A stretch of DNA of 20,000 nt from Ancylonema sp. (lineage: Eukaryota). The stretch covers positions 44,305-64,304 of the forward strand of contig JBFLGF010000053.1 of NCBI GenBank assembly GCA_050230475.1, given 5' to 3'. The notes beneath the pieces were generated by a model. It ran no database searches, was not told the origin of the DNA, and saw nothing but the letters and a program-made list of their open reading frames with translations. Shown piece after piece: positions 1 through 9,779 of the stretch. A program made the position numbers and the translations under genes. How positions within the stretch are numbered: the stretch's first letter is position 1; each line of letters opens with the position of its first letter.

Positions 1-321
1 TGAAATATACGGAAGGAACCAGAAGGCTAAGGAAGAGGCGCTCGCTACAGCCGTGAATGCAGTGACTAGCTGGGAGACGGAGGAGAAAAGGTAAAACATG
101 AGGAGCAGGCTGAAACTGCTGGCCACGGGGATCATGAGGGCCTGCGATGTGTCCAACGTGATGGAGGATTCTAATAGATCGCGATGCTTTTCAGACTCTC
201 TGGAATGCGTCAGCGCACGGTAAGCCCCAGCTACAACGACAGACACTGCAGTCGCAATGAGGGTCAACGAAGCAGGCTCCAGCAGGTATCGTAGACGCCA
301 TAGAGACTCCATCCAAGACAT
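1..321 (-). CDS. SPPL1: Signal peptide peptidase-like 1 (A22B intramembrane aspartyl protease), N-terminal part; continues beyond the window start
   Basis: My translation of the minus strand (absent from the ORF track because it is open at the edge): MSWMESLWRLRYLLEPASLTLIATAVSVVVAGAYRALTHSRESEKHRDLLESSITLDTSQALMIPVASSFSLLLMFYLFSSVSQLVTAFTAVASASSLAFWFLPYIS. This closely matches the recalled plant SPPL1 N-terminus (MESLW..LYLLEPA...SITLD.SQALMIPV.SS.SLLLMFYLFSSVSQL.TAFTA). ATGs at 321 and 312; the conserved MESLW start is 312. Confidence 0.9.
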   Translation of the reverse strand, partial: MSWMESLWRLRYLLEPASLTLIATAVSVVVAGAYRALTHSRESEKHRDLLESSITLDTSQALMIPVASSFSLLLMFYLFSSVSQLVTAFTAVASASSLAFWFLPYIS

Positions 322-1402
322 AGTATCTGGAGTGGAATGGTCTCCTTCCCACTTGATATTATGTCAGCGAGTATCGGTGAGCTCCACAAACGTCATACAA
401 CTGATCTGATACGCGAGAAGCCAAAAACTTCGATTCCTTATCATCCTTAACCGAAGACTGGGGAAATCTATGAATCATGACGACCATCGAGAGCCGAAAT
501 TCCACCTCCGAAGGCAGTCCATGCACTCTCAATATTCCTCATCCTTCAAAAAGGTCATTCTTTGGCGCTAATGTGGCTAAGGTCTGATATGCAAGTTAAG
601 AGTCATTGCGTCGTTCGTTCCAGTGATCTGCAATTCGCATGAAGCCAAGGCTATCTTTTACCAAAAGAATCAATGTAACATTCGCAGAGATGGTCCATTC
701 GCAGGAGCAGCGCATGGGTTGTTAAAGCGCATGTCAGTTTTCAGGATCAACCACTCGCACACTCTGATGGTGCCGGAGTCGGTGGCAGGCTTTGCAACCA
801 TGCCATCAACTAAGAGTCTCCCACCACCAGCCCTCATGCCTGAGAGATTATGCAGTGCTTTTTTTGCTCCGAACCTCCCCCCCCCCGCGAAGGCGCAGGT
901 GGCGATTTACATCAAGCGATATTTTCCGCCTTCACTTGAAGTTCTACGCCTTCGTGGTGAGGGTTCGCTTGATTAGATTTCGCCGCCATCCTAAGCCTGG
1001 TTTCCGCCACCTTGTGGCAATCTGCCGTGCGCTTCCATCTCCAGGCGCTCGGTGCACCTCCACTCTGGTCTGTAGCATTTCTTGTTTCGCATCTACTGCA
1101 AATCGTTTCCCTTCTTCATTCTCTAAGTGCCTTCTCGGTTGGTCTTGACGGATATCTGTACCTGAGCACCAGTTTGCACTGCGGGTCCAATATTTTTTGG
1201 GGGGAGTTGCGATTCATACGATTCCCGGGTGAACTAGTCCTCCATTTCGAAGTGTGTCGTCAGATGTAGCCTTCCTGCAGCGCCATCACACTGTTTCAGA
1301 ATTCAATCAACTCCCTGCTAGCATCATTAGTAGTGGGTTGATCCTGTTCTACGCATTTTAGTCTGAATCGTTGTGGCTTTTTTCGTCTGGTGGAGGCAGA
1401 AG
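322..1402. promoter_or_regulatory. Divergent intergenic/promoter region shared by SPPL1 and the p24 gene, including 5' UTRs and a possible 5'UTR intron of p24 (957..1399)
   Basis: Head-to-head start codons are 1081 bp apart. A GTGAGG donor-like site lies at 957 and a T-rich tract followed by CAG ends at 1399, 3 nt before the p24 ATG. Transcription starts are not observable. Confidence 0.5.
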
Positions 1403-3275
1403 ATGGCGCTCTGCCGTACCCCGATCGTGTTTCTTGTTCTCTTAGCTACTAGCCTCCTTCTGTCTCCAGTCTTTTGTTACCGTGTCACCGTGGATAAAAA
1501 GGAATGCTACGTCCAGGAGGTTGAGGCTGAAGGGCAAATGGTGCATGGATCGTTCGTTGTTATCAAAAGCGACAATGCGTGGACTACCGAATTTGAATCT
1601 GTGGGCATGGATCTTCTTGTGAGTGGCTCAGTGGTTTCAAGGTCGGCTTTGGAGGGTTATCCGAGTGGATGAAAAAGCTAGGTAACTGTGGATCTTTCGT
1701 TATCATGCAAGATCACTGAAGGCTCAAGGTAACTTACAGCGTTACATGCTTTGTTCGCGAGACAGACCTTTTATCTTTATATTGACGATTTTTTTGCCGC
1801 GGGCTCCTTCCGACATTGAATCAGGCGGGCTGTGATAAGGGTTCTGAGTCAGGCCTTAGATCTTTCTCCCGCTACCGTTATAATCTACTACTCTTTGCCA
1901 CACTCGATGTCTCTGACGCAATGACGCTGGTAGATACAGCTGGGTACAGAGCATTGCGCCTTATTGGCCCTGTGATAATGTTGTTCTTGACGTGGTTGGT
2001 TCTTCGTAGGAATAGCAATAGGTATGACGTACGTTGTCACGCTTCGGACGGAATTTCACCCAGCCGGACTCAATCTCGATGTTTGACCCAGAAGCAATTT
2101 TACTGCAAAGGGATTGAGCTATTTTTGTATACGTCTCTCCCAAACTGTATACTGCACTCCCCAACACCTTATACGCCTTACAATTCAATCAGTCAGTCTT
2201 ACAATTCGACGTCCCATCATCCCAGCAACCTCTGTCTTCTTGTGCGTTCTTGAATGACAGGTGGAGGCTCCAGCAGGCTACCATGTTTACTCCGTCAATA
2301 AGAAGACGGACGAGAAGTTCAGCTTCGTTGCCGTGCGCAAGGGGAAGTACAAGTTCTGCTTCATAAACCACTCGCCGGTGCATGAGAGCATTGCCTTTGA
2401 AATTCACGTTGGCCAAAAACCTGTGCACCATACGGAGGTGGCAAAAGATGGTGAGTCATATGAGGCGGTTGTGGTTCTATGAAGACTTTGGGAAGTTTAA
2501 GAACAAAATAGTCAAAAAGTGCATAATTTGCACGGATGTGTTTGTCATCTTTAGTGAAACGTTTTATTTATTCATGTTCAACTCTTTCTTGGGGCTGCAG
2601 AGCACTTTGACCCGCTGCTGGATCACATTGATGAAATTCACTACGACGTGATGAGCATTTACTACGAGTCAAGATGGTTCCTTGCCAGCGTGGAGCGGCA
2701 GGAAGAATGTGAGAAGCCTTTTTTTTGCGATTTCCTTTGTTGTGAGGGTTAGCAGCTTGGAAGCCAAGATGGCAAGTTGTCGAGGGATGTCGATTCTGGG
2801 TGGGAGGGTCAACTATCTTAAGCTTTATCACAAGAGGGGTCTTGTTTCTATGATAAGAATTTGGTCTTATAAAGTGAGGAAGGTCTGCAACTAACCCAGG
2901 CCATTGGCATTTGTGCACAATCATTGAGCATCGCATGAAACTTGAGCATGTTGCATGGTATAGACGTCCCTCTATACAAGGTTTCCATGTAGGGAAAGAC
3001 TCGAGGTATGGAACTATTTGTGCTCAAATTTCCCTACATTTATGTATTTCATACAATTTCAATGAAGTGACCTGGTATATCAGATTGTTATATCGAGGGT
3101 CCTCTTTACTACTAATTTGTGTGGTTTCCATGTGCATGCAGTACACAAGATTATGGGGCGCAGGCTCTTCATGAAGGCAGTCCTCCAAAGTGTGGCTTTG
3201 ATCGGGACTAGTGCTGCTCAAGTGTATTTGCTGAGGAGGTTGTTCGAACGCAAGATGGGGTTGAGTAGAGTCTAG
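1403..3275 (+). CDS. p24/emp24/GOLD-domain ER-Golgi cargo receptor, p24beta2-like, 215 aa, exons 1403-1618, 2261-2450, 2601-2708, 3142-3275
   Basis: Four exons with GT..AG introns (GTGAGT 1619, GACAG 2260; GTGAGT 2451, TGCAG 2600; GTGAGA 2709, TGCAG 3141) join in frame to 648 nt. The protein has a signal peptide, a GOLD domain with two Cys (KKECY ... GKYKFCFIN), a coiled-coil region, a TM helix and the tail QVYLLRRLFERKMGLSRV, which is characteristic of plant p24beta2. Confidence 0.93.
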
Positions 3276-3514
3276 AGTGATCATTATTGTTGGCTCTTCC
3301 TTTTTGACTTATGTGACTTTGAGAAAACACTTAGGTGGCTCATAGAGGCGAACGTAGAATTTGTCTTTAAATGCATCATATGTCCATTCTCATTTTGCGT
3401 AAAGGGGTTTCTCAAGATGATGACAGCCTTCTACCTCCACGGGTGTGAAGGTAGAAGGCTGTCATTTGGGGACTCTTCTTGTGCTGCTTAAAACATTCAA
3501 AACATAAACATGAT

Positions 3515-3532
3515 TGTGTGTGTGTGTGTGTG
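3515..3532. repeat. (TG)9 microsatellite
   Basis: Direct reading; lies in or just past the p24 3' UTR. Confidence 0.9.
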
Positions 3533-3657
3533 CATTTACCTAATGTGGTTATGGATCCTCCTGGAAAATAGTTGACCAGTCCGAGACTGTCCAAACAAAC
3601 GAGTCCAGTACCCGGCCATCACTTTCCCGCCCAAAAGCAAGAGTGTCGAAACAAGTA

Positions 3658-4227
3658 CCGTAGTGGCCATACATAATGACCCGCAACTATGAGAAGGTGG
3701 ATCGAGTCGAATTAAGTAATACATTTTTTGGGAATGGGTCATGCCATGTACACCAAAATCCGGCATAGGGGGTCAACATCTTAAAATTGGATTTATTTGT
3801 CAATTTGCTTAAAATACACATTTTATTGGATTCCGGTCGCCCTAGATTCAATTGTGGTCCGGCAGCGGCCAAAGTGATTGTCATTGGTTTGCTTTTCTCA
3901 AAATTTCGTATCGGTTTTGAATAGTCTAGCATTGTTACGTGGAGTTGTGGGGGGGGGGGCGTGCAAAAAGATGTCGGACTTGAAGTACCGTAGTGGCCAT
4001 ACATAATGACCCAGATTTTAAGAAACGAAATAATTTAACTAATAAACCACCACTTGACCCAACCCGTGCACCCAATATAAATTTTCAAAAAATCCTGAAA
4101 AAAATAGTTATTATCTGGTGACCCACATTAAAGAATGACCCACATTTTTGAAAAAATGAATTATTTAATTTGACCCGACCCACCCTTCTCATAATTATTT
4201 GCGGGTCATTATGTGTGGCCAATACGG
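3658..4227. mobile_element. Non-autonomous Tc1/mariner-superfamily MITE (Tc2-like CCGTA termini), TA target site
   Basis: Left TA|CCGTAGTGGCCATACATAATGACCCGCAA (3658-3686) and right TTGCGGGTCATTATGTGTGGCCAATACGG|TA (4199-4227) form a 29-bp inverted repeat with 2 mismatches and TA on both sides. A second copy of the left end sits at 3988-4012. The interior is AT-rich and non-coding, with several TGACCC motifs. Confidence 0.85.
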
Positions 4228-4542
4228 TATTTAGATAGTTCATCTTTTGCATAACACATAATCATCAAAACAATGTCTGCTACAAGATACAAGTCATGAA
4301 TACCTTCAATGTTAGGGAGTCTTTTTTCTTTTTGTTTTTAGAAGTGGAAATTAAACTTATCACAATTTCTTTCCTCATGAGATGGGACTAAAAAATATCC
4401 CATGTAATCGAAGATTATCTTACAATATTTTTCCACCACCACCTGGAATGCTTTCTCGTTGTCAGTTCGTAACAGTACTCATGTTACGAATATATTATTT
4501 GTTCACGTATTGTTACTTTCACAGTATTCGCTTCTATCTTTT

Positions 4543-5312
4543 CGGGATCCGCGGTTGCACAGACTGGCAAGATTGGTTCAATGGACCGCGGTCGGACCAG
4601 GTCCGGAGTCGGGACCCGATCGGACCGGGGATCTTCTGGGGTTTTTGTTTTTATTGGCAGCTTCGGGGACAAATGGACCTGTCGGGGATTTTTATGGTGC
4701 ATAGTTTTCTTACATTTTTGCACAATGCACAAGCCAAAACGATAAACAGAATATATGTTCCGGATTTGTCACTCCACGGTAAACCTTTCAAAATCCCAAA
4801 AGAAAAACCTGAAGTATCCAACTACCGCCAGTCCGGCATTTTGGCCTAGAAGGATGGACCTTGGTCCGGAATCTGGACCTCGGAACCCCGAATCGGGATC
4901 TCATGACAAAAAATTGTCTACCGGACCTCTTTTCATGACGATCAGCGACAAAGTCTAACAATACATTCCACGAACTACACTGTGCTGGAGGGCCGAAATC
5001 CAGGTTTCGATTCTAGGTTTCGAAATAGTAGAAAATATAGGTTTCGGAATTCAATTACTAGGTATTAAATTCTCACATATTGGATTTTTTCACCTATTAG
5101 TTCTTAATAAGAATTAAATATACTACATACAACATCACATGCGGAAATCGTGGCGTACCTCAATATTTAATTTTCTTGTGATTTTCATACAACTTTATTT
5201 CTTACATTTTTCTAGAAGACCCGATCCTACACTTTCCATTCCGGTTCCAATCCGATCAGACCAGATCCTACTTCCATCATATTTAGGATTGGGGGATTGG
5301 GACCCAACAATG
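4543..5312. mobile_element. Degenerate DNA-transposon remnant(s), hAT-like
   Basis: Clusters of GGACC/GGTCC/GATCC/CCGAT short motifs (4543-4690, 4850-4930, 5218-5305) lie in AT-rich non-coding DNA. The segment ends in CCCAACAATG at 5312 (reverse complement CATTGTTGGG, resembling the CAGTGTTGGG-type hAT terminus). I found no matching opposite end or 8-bp TSD. Confidence 0.4.
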
Positions 5313-5699
5313 TTATTTACATCAAAAATCTCGATAGGGAAAATTTCAATACATGAAACTATTTGATACAAGAAAATTACATATTGGGTTTTTGTATGCA
5401 CTTCGCACTCACGAAGTGTTTCACATTTAAACTCTCGTCCTATTACAACATATTTTTGGCCTTTTTGATTGACGCAAAGTCGACACTTCCATAGGTACAT
5501 GAAGAAGAACTCGGGTTGTAGGTGCTTGGTTGTAAAAGAAATATTAATGTATCCACTTGTCATTTCTGACTCAAAGTTTTGTCAACTTCGTTTAGGTGGA
5601 AAACTTAACACAATACATATAAATTTTATGACCCGGGTGGGAGCCGGATGGTTCCGCTTGGGCGGGATTAAGGACAAACTTTATGCTAGGAATCCCCCT

Positions 5700-8330
5700 C
5701 TATAGCCCGTAGTGTGCTTCTAGAGTATGTCTCCTCCATTGCTGGCTGAGTACGGGAGAGACCGCCCGGGGAAACTGTCGTGCCATATAAAATTCCAATT
5801 TGTGAGAAGTTTGTCTCACTGTGAGTGGTAGAAAAGCTAAACATAGTCCCCCTTTTTCCCAATCTGCTCTATAGAAGAAGAGATATTGCCATGGATCTGA
5901 GTATCCTCCTATTGGTCCCAAAAATTAGTTTCCCCGTAATATGTCAAATTCTCGTGATGGTGACATATGCAATTCCAGGTAGATAGTTGTGGGATTGGGA
6001 GTTCCTCTGCCAATGTTGATGGGAAATTTCTCTATAGTAGATCCCAAGCTCATTTCTTGAGATCCCGATGCAGTGACGTAAGGTGTTCCAGATTTGAGCA
6101 TATTTGCAGTGATGCCCATGCGATTGGCCGTAGGTCTGCCAATCATAGTTTTAATGGCCCCACTGTCAACTACATAGTTGGTTGGTATATGGACATGAAT
6201 GGTCAAGACTCCTTTGTTGTTTTTGAGAAGTGCAACACCGAAGTTGGTGTCTTGTCGGCTGCGGTTCTTGGTTTTTGGTGGGCTGACACTGCGGTGTACT
6301 GTTGTTGTGGTGTGGGCTGCAGTGCGTCGAGTAGTTCCTTGACCTGTTGTTCGGCCTTCTCTGCCACCTGCAATTGGGTACGTAACGCAAGTACGTGTGC
6401 ATGCAAAGTGTCATGAAGTGCTTGTGCTTGAGGTAGGTAGTGGTAGAGGAGGTGGTGCCTATCATGAAATTGGTTCATGTTTGGTGTCCCTGCCTCGAGT
6501 CGGTTAGGAAATCTTGGTGTAAAGGAATCTGGCATTTTGGTAGAATACCCTTGTCGTCTGCCATAATCTTCACCTTCCCTATTTTGTATACCCAACAATG
6601 TTTTTGGATGTGGTTCTGGGTAAGGTGTGGTAGACGTAGATGGTTCATGGTCTGGTAGATAATGCATTGGTAGTGGATTTGGTAGAGGTGGAATGGGTGT
6701 CCCTGCACCCTCTCCTGAAGGTAGTGGTGAGTGGAATTATGTGTTCGATCCTGAGCTTGGCGGTGTATCAAGCTGAACAAGTGGGTCATGAAATTGTGTT
6801 TGTTGGTTCTTTGCAATCTGCAGTATTCACATTGTGCATCTGAAGTAAATTCTTTTGCGTCATACTGACGTTCACGAGGTTTGAATGGTGGGTTGGTTTG
6901 TTGTCTATGCTCTTGGTTGCCTCCATAGTTTCCTCCCTTGAACTGTGTGTTCTGTGAAGGGTTGGTTTTGGAGCCTCCTGTCTGGTTCTGAGTTGTGGAC
7001 TGATAGTTGTTTGGCTTCTTGTTTCTAGGACAATCCCGAGCCAGATGAGGTCCTCCATAAGAAAAACATGTCAATGGGATGTCTGAGCGTGGTGGAAATC
7101 CATTGTTTTGTCGTTGTTGTGTGGAAGGAGTAGAAGTTGTTTGTGGTCGAGTAAAAGATTTAGTAATTCGTGCGGCTCGATTATCTGCGTCTTGTTTCAT
7201 TTTTAGAATTTCAGCCTTCTTTGCTTTCTCCATGATCTCTTTCCTAGTTATAGGTGGTAGTTGTGGTGTAGCGTAGTATCGGTGCTCAGACTCAGAGAAG
7301 TGCCAATCGTCAATGTAAGGTTGCAGAGACTGTGGAGTGTGCACTTGATAAAGTCTGGCCAATTGTTCTTATGTCATGGCACCGGCTTCTTGAACAATGG
7401 TTGCTGGTTCGTTGAATCTGGCGTATGTACTTGCCACACTATTCGTGCAGTGAAATTTTCAATTTGTAAACCATATTCAGCTGCAGAGGTGCGAAATCGT
7501 GTTTTCAGAATTGTGATGAGTTGTTCCAGTTCGGTTGGTTCAGGTATTAATGTTGGTTTCAATGGTCTTGGGTGTCCATCCATGCGTCCTTGAATGTTGT
7601 AGTAAGCCACATAAGCAAAATATTCTCGCCATAAATCCTTGTTGGTTTCTATGATAGGTAGGCCTCTGTGGTCACGAATAAACTGTTGCCATTCGCAATG
7701 TGCCTGTCCTTTTAGAAATTGCCCGGCTGTTAATATAGTATCCCAGTCAACATGTCCCATGCGTTGTGCACGCTGTTGGGTTCGATGGTACTCTCGTAGA
7801 CTATCGATAAACTCATCTTGTTTCACTCCTGTGTCACCGTAGTGTGTTGGTAGTGGCGTTGGGTTAGCCATAGTGTGGTTTGTCCCACCTTTAATCCGTG
7901 CTCGATAGATTGGTAAGACAAGTGGAGGTGCTGTGATTGGTCCCGAAACTGGTAGAGGTGTCGATGGTTCAGGTGTGGTCCCCGATGTGGCTGGTGCAGC
8001 CATTATCGAAGTATCGACAATCTGGTCAGTTTGTGGGTCAATCGACATAACCGATCGAGTCAAAAAAATGTCTGCAAAGTTTTTTTCTGAAGAATTGGTG
8101 GGTACCGAATTATGTAGTTCGATATGGTTTGGCGGGAATTGTTGTAACCCTTGTTCAAAGTCTGATGAAGATTCAGATGGTTCACTGAACAAGTGAGGTG
8201 GTAATCTTTCGAAGTCTTCAAATTCTAATAGTGGTGTGTCAAACTGGTCTGTATTAGGGTTCTTGGTGTCTGTAGCTGGTGCAGTTGCTGTTTCACCCGT
8301 TTCTCCTAATGGTATTTCCAATTTGGACAA
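5700..8330 (-). pseudogene. Decayed retroelement gag + aspartic protease coding region; no RT, RNase H or integrase follows
   Basis: Consecutive minus-strand ORF pieces. Capsid-like region MANPTPLPTHYGD...LKTRF...IENFTAR, frameshift near 7445 to SVASTYARFNEPA...AMT*EQLARLY (TAA at 7369-7371). Zinc knuckle CFSYGGPHLARDC (~7030-7068; second Cys TGT>TAT), a second CEYC motif and a coiled-coil stretch. Protease YVVDSGAIKTMIG (DSG at ~6159-6167)...FDILRGN*FLGPIGG, ending at TAG 5700-5702. Confidence 0.78.
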
Positions 8331-8772
8331 TCTTCCACTACTGTTTCTTGTTCACATACACTAGTAAAGTATTCTAGAACATTGAAGTAGGTAGTTTTTT
8401 TTTAAAAAAAAATGTTGATTTTTTACTTTAGTAAATTGACTTTCTGCGGTGATAAGACTTCCGTTGGTCTGATTGAAGTTGGGTTGCAGATTGAGTCTCT
8501 GCTGAGAACTAGGTTTTACGCTAATTCTATCACACTTTCTCGTGCGTGAATGTGTGGAACACAACTTGACGCCGAGGGCGAGTCGACAATTACTATCAAC
8601 AATAGAAAGTCTGGCAACAATAGAAAGTGTGGAAAGGATTATTGATGGTAAACAGAATATTCTCGTGTCGAATATTATGGTCGACAGCCGAAAGGTAAAC
8701 TTTCGAGTAGAAAGTTTGGCTGTCAAACGGTGCGTTGACAGATGGTAATTGATGGATGTGATGTGTTGTCAC

Positions 8773-8972
8773 TAGGGTGGGACCCGACCGCCAGAATCCC
8801 AACGGTCTGGCTGGCAGTTGGCCAACCGCCAACCGCCAACCGCCTCCAACCGCCACCCAACCGTCCAACCGCCTTCCAACCGCCCAACCGCCATCCAACC
8901 GCCACCCAACCGCCACTCAACCGCCAAACAAGAGCCCGACGGCCGCCAATCCGCCCAACCGCCGACGGTTGG
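8773..8972 (+). repeat. Array of CAACCG motifs (12 copies between 8823 and 8961, one inverted at 8966-8971) after a TAGGGTGGGA terminus-like sequence; probable DNA-transposon subterminal region
   Basis: Copies counted directly; spacing is mostly 7-11 bp. TAGGG at 8773 resembles hAT TIR starts. No partner end was found. Confidence 0.7.
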
Positions 8973-9465
8973 AAGGCGATTGCGGATCGTACGCTGAAAC
9001 GTGTTAGGGCAAACCCTATGGACGCTTGCCCCTGCCCCTGCCCCGTTCGAAAACGAACGGAATCCCGAATTTCGTCGACCCGGGTTCGATTTGTCATTTT
9101 TGGGCCAAAAAAGGCGAACCCTATGGACGCTGCCCCTTGCCCCTGCCCCTGGCTTGAAGCCATACAGCCGCTGGTGTAACGGCCCGAAGCCAGCCCCTGT
9201 ATGGCTTCAAGCCAGGGGCTATCGAACCAATGAAATCGCGAGCCCGCACAGTCCCCCAAAGCGTGTGAATTGAACAGGATTGTGCCCCGCCGCGCCAATC
9301 TCTCTGTCCCTTTCGCGCACACACGCGTTCGGGGTCACCAGAAAATTATCTTCCTGGTCGTCGTCGCGGCGGAACCATGGCGGATCACACCCACGGTGAA
9401 CAACTTAGGCGAGGGTGGAGGGCCGCAGATAGAGAATCGTGATTTTGCCGAAGGAAGTCCGTTAG

Positions 9466-9711
9466 GAATTTCTGGCCACTATTTCTGGTGGGCCTCTGGA
9501 AAAAAGATACAAGAAGGAAAACGAACTGAAATTAGCAGTGCTGCAGGAGAAGAGAGCGAGGGATACCAAGCAAGCAAGTCAGCAGGATGAGAATTTACGT
9601 GTGAAAGATAATATGACAGTCCTCCAGTTGCGAAGTCTTGATGAAAGAGAAAGAGAAAATGACATGAGGCAAAACGGAAGAGGGATGAATATTACAGGAC
9701 TGAAGAAATAG
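9466..9711 (+). pseudogene. Possible remnant of the Harbinger accessory (Myb/SANT partner) ORF, C-terminal charged coiled-coil part
   Basis: Stop-to-stop frame EFLATISGGPLEKRYKKENELKLAVLQEKRARDTKQASQQDENLRVKDNMTVLQLRSLDERERE..., with a shifted frame continuing EAKRKRDEYYRTEEIEAY. Purine-rich, coding-like and convergent with the transposase. No Myb domain is visible. Confidence 0.4.
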
Positions 9712-9779
9712 AGGCATACAGTCGTGCCCGGAATGGGGCACTGACGGCGTGGAGGGAACCTCTCCCTTTAAATCTGGGT

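Noticed and set aside
623..1269. Overlapping 85-118 aa ORFs between SPPL1 and p24
   Set aside because: Non-ATG starts, no recognisable motifs, located in the expected promoter/UTR region.
1816..2253. 145-aa ORF with a hydrophobic stretch
   Set aside because: Lies wholly within p24 intron 1, has a TTG start and shows no family signature.
4382..4849. 155-aa ORF
   Set aside because: Arises from AT-rich DNA and GGACC repeats of a transposon remnant; no domain-like features.
5399..5418. CACTTCG/CGAAGTG hairpin as a Helitron 3' end
   Set aside because: No CTRR terminus at the expected distance on either strand.
5557..8771. TTGTCA at 5557 and 8766 as a target-site duplication bounding the gag-protease element
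   Set aside because: A 6-bp match is expected by chance when the boundaries are free to vary, and there are no supporting terminal repeats.
8821..8965. CAACCG array as a CRISPR array or telomeric repeat
   Set aside because: No long repeats with unique spacers, eukaryotic context, and the unit is irregular and not TTTAGGG-like.
8596..9324. Several overlapping Pro/Gly/Trp-rich ORFs up to 199 aa
   Set aside because: They are translations of the CAACCG and GCCCCT repeats, which lack stop codons.
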